Source: Moniliella sp. 'wahieum' (taxonomy: Eukaryota). From it: DNA of 42,513 bases. Below, piece after piece: positions 34,246 to 42,513 of this stretch (the stretch's first letter is position 1; each line of letters begins with the position of its first letter). The notes beneath the pieces were generated by a model. It saw nothing but the letters and a program-made list of their open reading frames with translations. It did no database searches and was not told the DNA's origin. Made by a program: the position numbers and the translations under genes. The DNA is taken from assembly GCA_003971905.1 (NCBI GenBank), contig RSEE01000058.1, forward strand, positions 372,001 to 414,513, given 5' to 3'.

Positions 34246-37200
34246 AAGGCGCAGGAGACAGTCTCCTGGGCGGCTCGGGACATCACCGCCACCACCTAGG
34301 ATGCAGGATGCTCGATGCAGCCCCCGCACGGCGACACTGGAGCACGTGATGGCATGCCGCATGGCGTGTCGTGTGATGCATGTGATTGATGTGGGACATG
34401 GGACTTGGGACGCTAGCCACAGTCATTAATCACATGTCGCACTAATTGTACATCACAGGTATCACGCCCATCATGCATCACACTGGTCATGCACCGCTGC
34501 ATTGCTGATCCATTCGCGGCTCAAACGGCGGAGTCGCGACTGCGGTTGCGGCGCACGCGCCCGTCGGCGGGGCTTGAGTTTGTGGGTGTGGAGCCGTCGC
34601 TAGATGATCGATGAGGGATCGATCAGGACCGGCGCGCGTAGTGCGTAACGCGTAACGTCCAGTGCCATATGAAGTGCTCCGGAATCTGCGGTCCATCATA
34701 CTAATGGGATCTGAGACTCAGAAACTGAGAGGACAGTACAGCAGCGTGATAATTTGCCAAGTCTGCCTGATTGTTTTCGCATTGTATGGCCACAGAAGAT
34801 GCCCCGCTCATGCATCAGCCAGCGTCGGCTAGCGTCTAGTACCGACCGACCTGCACCCACACATGTTCGAGGCAACCCCGACTACCTTCTATATTTCACT
34901 CTCTGTACTCAGTACTCAGTACTCATTCATCATGCACTATGCGCAGCCAAATGACTCCGTCAATTCTAACATTAGCAATTAATGGTAACGCGGTAACGCG
35001 AGTAACTAGTAGTAATCTCATTAATCAGGCCCAAGGCAATAAGTGAGGCACATGTGAGGATTGGTGGGTGGCCCGGTCAAGCACTCGGCACCAGGATGCG
35101 CACAGGGTTGGTCAGCCGTGAAATTCCTCTCCGATTCACACGGCTGAGCGAAGAGAGGATGGAGAGATATCGATAATAATAGGACCCCACAAAACGCCAA
35201 TGTAATGGACCACAGGCAGAGCTTGCCATCCCCCAATCCGACCCAAGGCATTTGTACTACGTACAAGCATAGCCTCCCGTTCCAAATGCAGTTTTATTAG
35301 TAACCCGTTGCCGCAGTGGCATGTCACATGTCACGTCAATTCAATGTCATCTCAGATCTTAGATCTTACCCCGATCACCGGCTCATCGACTCATCCCCCT
35401 CATCCGGTTCCACTGGTACTGAGCGCCTGAACCTCGCGCAACCTCTCCACCAATGTCCACGGAAATAACGGGCGGTAACCAGTAACCGGGAACCTCTCTG
35501 CAACTTCGGGATGGTGGTGTGACACGCGTGGTGATAACTCCAGGTTACTTACAGCCATCTGTACGGTGTAGGTGACTTGAGCGCCTTAAGAGCTTAGCGC
35601 TTGCCGGTTACCAGTCATGCGAATGGGCAGTAGGAGGCAGTGGGCAACAGACTCGATGATATAGCTGCTATAGCAGACTACATGTACATACGATGTAAGA
35701 TCTAATCGATCTAAGATCTAACACTTCTCCAACTTATTAGCGCGCGATGTATGTGACATTCAACTTGGACATCTCCTGGGTGACTTGCGCGTTACGGCCG
35801 AGTTGTGCTAGTTCATTCATCGCGCCCATGTGCTCCCCGGCAAGTGTATTAGTATTGGCAACTGTTGGTACAAAAGAGGATAGCAGCAGAAATGCTTTGT
35901 CAGTGGCTTGGCATGTAGTAATTAGGGTGGATCCCAAACGCGCAGTCCTGCTTGACATATAACACTACCAAGAACATCGATCTCATGGATCTCAGATCTC
36001 ATGGATCTCATGCATTATTGCTGGCCTGTGGGGGAGGGTTACCGCTTAGGTAGATCCATTTTTTCGATGTTCTCGGATCATAGCGTGTGTGTGAGCTGTA
36101 TACCATTACATGTTACAGGCTCTACTCAAACAGGTGTGTCCCCCGTCTGTGGATTCAACGAGAGGACCACCGGTGGGCCTATCCGTCCAGATTCCGGCCC
36201 CCGATGTGCGCATCCCCTGATATGGTGTGATATCTTTACACCGGCCTGCATTGAATAAGTCTGGGGCGTCGCCTCAGCCTGTCTCCCCGTGTGGAGACAG
36301 CGACGGGCACTCCATCTTCCCACCACCGTGCACCGTTCTATAGTATACCGTTCCATAGAAGTAGCAGGGAAGCACGGATGGAATGTGCGACGGGCGAACG
36401 CTGGCAGACGGGCCAGGGAGCTCGTATTCTTCCCCAAGTCCCAAAGGGGCGAGCATTGGCCGGCGAGCCAACAGCTCCTCTACCCCCTCCGTTTCCCTAC
36501 TCACAAGAGTGGGTCACCCAACAGAGGATCCGGTGGCCGGCATGCGGCGCACCCTGTGGGAGTGCATTTCGACATGTTATAGAAAGAGAGAGGGCGAATG
36601 GGAGGTGACCAGTCTGGAAGAATACGCTCAATTCCAAAGCAGACGGAGAGTTGGGAACGTACAGGACCGCTGCTTACGGAAATAGAGTGCGAGACCCATG
36701 GAGTCCACTTGCCACCCACTTGCCAGAGGTATGTCGAACCCTTATTGTACGGCAATGACATGCAATTATAAGAAAGGCATGCTTAGGAAGGCATGCTGCA
36801 GAACGTCAAGATATGGCAAGGCGAACACAGAGCGAGGGGTCCATCTCTCTGGCCGCCTTGAATAGCGAATCGAAGTCGGTTCGAATCACCTCTTTCCCGT
36901 GCCAGGTTGGACAAGCGTGAATGAGGCGGAACAGAACGCATCCTCCCATGTATATGGAGACAAAAAGCGGTCCCGTGGGTGGGTCCAATGCGGCGATGAC
37001 AAGCCTCACTTCGATTCGGGAGGAACGTACCCACCGAGTAGGAGTATTGGCCCGAGGGTATGAAGAAAGCAACAATTGAGATGGCGACGGGCAGACTGAA
37101 AGGGAATAGCAGAAAGATGAAGGGATCAGCAGGGTAAGGTTACGGGGGTGAGAAGCGTCGGAAAGTACGGCTGAAACGGGATAGAAGATAGTTGGCTGGG

Positions 37201-38512
37201 GCCGATGGGGACGATCGATGGTCCACCGCTCCACAACCCACCCACAAGGTAGGTCATGACATGGGCTAGGTGATGCAGGGAGGGTGGGTGGTGGGTGCGA
37301 AAAGGACCCTGCACAGAGTGGCAGCAAAGAAGACGTTGAGCAACACCCTCGATGCCGACATGGCCACCGCTGTTCACACGCCCCGCTGTGCCACACGCCC
37401 AGCGAACCTCTTGGCAAACTTTTGACTCCGACGCCGATGGCAATGGTCTGGTCCAGTTCGTCGGCCGCGATGACACTGGCATACGCCCACATTGACCAGA
37501 AGAACAGGTTCGGACGCAATCCAAGCCCTCCAACGCCCTCCCACCCGATCGTCCGACGAGCATCTCGCGTTTCCCGGGCAATGGATGCTGACGAGTTCCC
37601 GTCGGCATAGTCGTTGAAGGTGAGGAACAATGCGGATCCCCGGAGCGAAAGCGGGGCGCCGTCCCCACCCAAAGGGTGGGCCATTGTAGAATTTTTTGAT
37701 GGCTTTCTACACCGGAGAGGCAGGTCAAGACGGCGACTCCGGCTACCACAATTCCAGATAGAACCGCGACTTTTGACAGTCGCGACTGAGTTGTGATCAG
37801 TCGGGGGCGCCATGGCGGATAGCAAGCGAGTGGGAGCAGAATCATTAATCATCACTCCTACTGCTCAGTGCACCGAGCGCGACACAGTTGTGTTGCCAAG
37901 GAGACATGTGCGCGCCCACGGCGCTTCAACGTTGGTATAGCCAGGATAATGGCGGTGGAAGGGGTGCCAGGGATGAGGGGGCGCGATGGTAAAAACCCAC
38001 GTATGGCCATCCTATGGGGTCAAGGGACGCACGTCAAAGTACATTTCCCTCCCGCCATTTTGAGAGAGCCCGGTACCCATACCAGCCAGACAAACAGACG
38101 ACAAAACGCGGACATGCGCCCACCTTCGCCCACGAGCCAACAAAAAGCAACGCGCCCAACCAGTCCATCGATGCGGCGATCGGCCGGGCGGGCTAACATG
38201 CCGGTACCAACGATGCGGCCGGCGACGAGGGCAAGAGCGGATACAGGCCAAGCGTCTCGGTGGGTATTGAGTGTTGAGCAAGGGCCCGGGCGGCCTGGTC
38301 TGCAGCGGATCCTCGTTGGGTGAAGTCGTCGAGGGGGGATAGGGAAGGAGGGAGGTAGCGTGGGCGGAGGGATGGTGTGGGCTTATGGGTTGAGGATAGA
38401 GGAGGACACGTGCGGGGCGAACAGACCCAAGAGGTTAGCATTAATCGAGGCGTGCTTCCGACCGTCAATGGAGCTGAGCCGGTGTACATGTGAAAGCGGA
38501 GCAAAAAAGTAA

Positions 38513-38606
38513 GGACGACGCCAGAATCGAACTGAGAATAACAGAGCTCGTGGAGCTGTACGATCGTGAAGCCACAATCTGTCGTGATACCTTTTCACAC
38601 GTAATC
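38513..38606 (-). tRNA. Second tRNA-His(GTG) with 25-nt intron (variant copy)
   Basis: Reverse complement GATTACG-TGTGAAAAGGTATCACG-ACAGA-TTGTGG[cttcacgatcgtacagctccacgag]C-TCTGT-TATT-CTCAG-TTCGATT-CTGG-CGTCGTC-C, then T6; near-identical to 569-664 but with two single-G losses. Confidence 0.85.
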
Positions 38607-39232
38607 GACGCTGGGAAACGGCAGAGGACCCACAGGAGTGGCAATTGGCCCTTGGACCCTGCTGTCGATCGGCTTTCCCGACGCAGAGGGCGGCATGCGA
38701 TGCGATCGCCAGGTGCGGATGGCGCAGAGGGCGGCGATCCGTCCAAGGCAGGTGAAGGGCAGGCCGAGGGACGGTGAGGGAGGGTGGAGGAAAGACGGAG
38801 GGAGGACAGACGGAGGGGAAGGCGGGGGGGGTACCACAGACTGGCGGGGAGCAAGCGCCGTGGCGGGAACGCCAGTGGTTGATGTTTACTCAGGTAAAAT
38901 TAACCGTGGCTGGGCGCTGGCTGCCGCGCGCGTGGGGATCACCTCATCACCGGTTGGGGATCACCGATGAGAGCGCTAACCCCCAGGCGTCGAGGCGCGC
39001 CAACACGGGCGCCGTGCGAGGCGCCGCGGGTGGGGAGGTGCGGGGCGCGGGGGCTGTGTGGCTGCGACGGCTGCTGTGTCTGGCTTGCTGGGGCGAGCCA
39101 GCCGCACCAGGCCGCAGTGGCCCGCCGCAGGCACACGCAGGCACACGTAGGCAGCACACACAGGAAGGAGGGCCTGGGAGGGGCCTTTGGCTGTCCCGTG
39201 TCTGCGCCTCCGCCACCGCGGCCCCACCGCTT

Positions 39233-39283
39233 CCACCACCACCACCACCCCACCCGCCGCCGCCGCCACCACCACCACCACCA
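39233..39283 (+). repeat. (CCA)n/(CCG)n compound microsatellite
   Basis: ccaccaccaccaccacc...ccgccgccgccg-ccaccaccaccaccacc read directly. Confidence 0.85.
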
Positions 39284-39456
39284 CCCGCCCCCCCTCCCCC
39301 CCATCCCCACACAGCATGCGGCGCCGGGTGGATGGCGTGCACACCATCGGACCCCGCGCCGGTGCAGCCCCCCGCCCCGCCCCGCCTCCGCATGCGTGAC
39401 GACCCCGACATTGGCAGCGACGCCGCAGCCGCCCCCCCCCCCCCGCCCGCACGGCC

Positions 39457-42400
39457 ATGGCCGTCGCCATCGCCCCATCGCCCTCCCAGTCCCTCGCCCC
39501 CGCCTCCGACTCCGACACGAGCGACAGCGACCTGTCCGACTTGGATCCCGCCGACGCCGTGCGCGCGACCCGCGCCCGCCTCGCCGCCCTGACCCGCCGC
39601 ACCGGCTCCGAAACCCACCACGCCGGCTGCTCGGCCAGGGACTGCTTGCCCAGCAGCAGCCCTCACCCAGCTCCTCGCCCAGCTCGACAACCCTCCCGCC
39701 GGGCTCGGCCCCGAGCAGCTCGCTGAGCTTGCCCGGCACGCCGACCTGGAGCTTGCGAGCACGACAACCGCATCACCCAGCTGTATACTTCGCTGGTTCA
39801 GGCCCACACGGGCGCCACCGATCCGCTGCCTCCTCTGTCGCCCAGCCCCAGCATCCGCACCGCCGCAGACCGCTCCTCTCTCTTTTCACTCCTCCTGACG
39901 ATGGTGGGCAGCAAAGGGGGGGACGAGCCACATCCGAGCCAGCACCGATGGCCATGCCTTGGGGCTGGACCAACAATTCAATGACCAACACCTCCGACTT
40001 GACCCGCCAACTGCGCCATGCCCAGCACCACATCCGTCAGCTGGAAGACAACATCGCCTCATCCACCCGCAAGCACGAGACGGATGCCAGCCATCTACTC
40101 CGGGAACTACAGGATCTCGCTGCCGAGAGAGATGACTGGCAGAACCAATTTAAGCGGCTCCTCACTGAGCATGGTACGTTATGCGCCCCTCCCTCCCTCC
40201 TTCCCTCCCTCCGCATCCAGACCAACTCAAGCTAACCTGGTCTTCCTTCAGAGGTTCTCAAGGAGGAGACGAGAGACGGAGGGCCAACGTCAACGCGCGC
40301 TCGACGAGTCAGACAGCTTACGATCTTGATCTGGCACGCTTGACAAGCGAGATGAATCGGCTACGAAGTGACCTGGGTCAACCCAAAGTAAAGCCGATGC
40401 CGAACAAACAGCCCGCGAAGCGCTCGAAGAGCACCTCTCTTCTTTCCAAGCCAGTCGAGACAAGATGGTACAGGACCTGCGTCGCGCCAATGCCGGACTA
40501 AAACGCGACCTGGTCGCTGCTCAGACTTTGGCGGACGAAGCTAATGATCGAGCTGAAGCACAGGCCCGCAAGGCGCAGATTGTACCCCGCTCCCACACCC
40601 CTCCTCCCACCTCCCCCGAACAGGAGGGCGACATCAGCGCCACTTCATTTACTCCGGTCAGTGTCGTACGCTCGAGGTCTCCCCCCGTCGCAACACCGGC
40701 CTTGGTGGACGAGCCTGTGTCCTCTTCCGTCAGCAGGGGGAGTACAGCCACCGCCTTGCCCGTGCTCGTCGCCGTTGGCCCGCGAGGCAGCGATGCGACG
40801 CACACTCGAGATGCAGCGTGCAGCGCATGGGTGTACAACCGGTAACATTCGACCAGGAAAGTGAGGGATCGGAGCCTGATGAGCAGGACAAGCACCTCCG
40901 TGACGACCACTAAGGGGAGGATGCAGTCCCCTCGACGGACCAGAACCCAGACGACATGGATGCGCCATATGAATTTTCAGAGGGATGGCGTTCCACGAGA
41001 TGGAGCCGGATCTTGGTATGACCGCCGTCGGAGCACCGCCAGTCAGTTGTCCTTTACTCCTGCCGTTGGGAGACGAGCTGCAAACAGGATGGCCGGGTGG
41101 GCGAACTAGAAGCGGAGTTGGAGCGCGTCCAAGCCGCTCTTGAGCAAGTCCAGCATGATCTGGCTGCTTCCACGGCGCAGGCGCAGCTGGAGAAAGTTGA
41201 GCCCAATTGGTTCAGGAGCAAATGGTGGGGAGCAAGAGGCGGCGCATGCTGTTCTTTGGCTCAGGCCAAGAAACCCATTTGGCTTCCAGCCGGGATCTAG
41301 AGAAACAGCACACACGCCTTGGCCAAGGTGGAGGAGCAACTCAAACAACAACAGACACTGCTTGACCAAGCTCGTGCCCAAGGTACGACCACGACAGACC
41401 AACTCGCTTCTCTTCAAGGACGGTGCGACGACCTGACGCGGCAGGTCGATGTTCTACGGTCGAGCGCGACGCCGCCACAACCCGGGCTCGTGACACCGCG
41501 GCGCTCTTGGCTCAAGCCAAGGAGCACGAGGAACGTCTCTCTCTGCGGCTCGGGAGGCCCAAACCCAATTGAGGCTGACCTGGCGCGCATCGGGCTGAAC
41601 ATGATCAAGCGCTCTTGGTGGCTCACGCACACGAAGCAAAGCTCTGCAGAGGCACATGAAGCTCACGACTCGGCCCTTCAGACTCTCACCACCAGCTACG
41701 AGAGCAAGTTGGCTGCTACTGTATCGGACAAGAAGGATGTCGAAACCGCTTGGCCACGTTGCAGACCGAGCTAGACTCGCTCCAAGCCAAGCACAACGAG
41801 GTCCAAACCTCCCTTTCCGCGATGCAGGCCGAGCTGGCAGATGCACAAGCAGCCCGTACCGCCTACGCACAAGAGATGGAAGGATTGCAAGGCGACCTGG
41901 CCCAGGCGCGGCAGCCCAAACGTCGCTCAATCTCACCTGGACAAGACGTTAAGTGAGCTGTCCCAGAGCCAAGCCAACATGAAGCAAGCGCAAGAAGACC
42001 ACAGTTGGCCCTGCAAGCCATGGAGGAGCAAGCGGGTCAAGTCGAGGTGGTGCACAAAGCCCAGAAAGAGAAGAACGAGCAGCAGCTGGCCGAGTTGAAG
42101 CTTGCTATGGAGAAGGCTCAGGCTCAAGCTGCCTCTGAGAAACAAGAGTTGGAACGGGCCATTGCCGTGTCCGAGCAACAGCAGGTGCGTCTTCAATCGG
42201 AGCACGAGGCCATCACCGTCGCCTCGCCCTCGCAGAGAAGGCGGCGGCGAATGCGGATGCGGCGTGCGGGAGGCGCGCAGGGTGGGGCTGGGCTGCAGCA
42301 GGCAATGGAAGAACGCGATGCGGCGCACAAGGCCCAAGGCCCATGTCGAGACGCTCGAGCATGAAGCGGATCAGCTGCGCCTCCGCTTAACCCACACCGT

Positions 42401-42513
42401 TACTGCCCACCTCGAACAGGAGCGGGAGCAGAAGCATGCACTGCAGACCGCCCTTTTGGAACTGAAGGAGGCACACACTGGAGATCTGGAGGCGCGCGCG
42501 CTAGCCCCACCAG
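39457..42513 (+). CDS. Long coiled-coil protein of unknown function, truncated by window end; intron 40174-40251; start uncertain
   Basis: Successive heptad-rich E/Q/L/A segments in shifting frames (DLTRQLRHAQHHIRQLEDNI, ELEAELERVQAALEQVQHDL, TLQTELDSLQAKHNEVQTSLSAMQAELADAQ, EQQLAELKLAMEKAQAQAASEKQELERA); intron GTACGT...CTAAC...CAG. Confidence 0.7.

Noticed and set aside
36806..37855. 349-aa minus-strand ORF
   Set aside because: No recognisable motif and an atypical composition; cannot be supported as a gene without expression or homology data.
548..38598. Similar peptides in ORFs 548-745(+) and 38383-38598(-) (KRYHDRLWLH...APRALLFSVRFW), suggesting a duplicated gene or the terminal inverted repeats of a giant element
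   Set aside because: The similarity is confined to the two tRNA-His genes, and the interior holds housekeeping genes with no transposase or recombinase.

Overview
Eukaryotic, fungal DNA, most likely basidiomycete (GC-rich genes; short GT-AG introns with GTACGT/GTAATG donors and CTAAC/CTGAC branch points; intron-containing tRNAs). Nearly every conserved gene is broken by 1-2 nt indels in homopolymer or dinucleotide runs, which points to an unpolished long-read assembly, so CDS boundaries are approximate. Recognisable content in order: tRNA-His(GTG), tRNA-Arg(ACG), HEL2/ZNF598 E3 ligase head-to-head with mitochondrial mL44 (MRPL3), a secreted GH45/expansin-like DPBB protein, FIS1, a G1/S-type cyclin, a TMEM97/EXPERA protein, an apparent fusion of a degenerate histidine-phosphatase domain to an HbrB (Bit61/Protor) domain, a C2H2 transcription factor, a second catalytically degenerate histidine phosphatase, a Zn2Cys6 transcription factor, a second inverted tRNA-His, and a long coiled-coil protein that runs off the window. 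Two signals stand out. (1) Many intergenic period-7 micro-arrays are built from at least ten different palindromic hexamers that all follow an A-N4-T + 1 nt rule. (2) The pseudo-phosphatase-HbrB fusion is a candidate metabolite-sensing TORC2 subunit. Protein family calls come from motif recognition by eye, not database searches.
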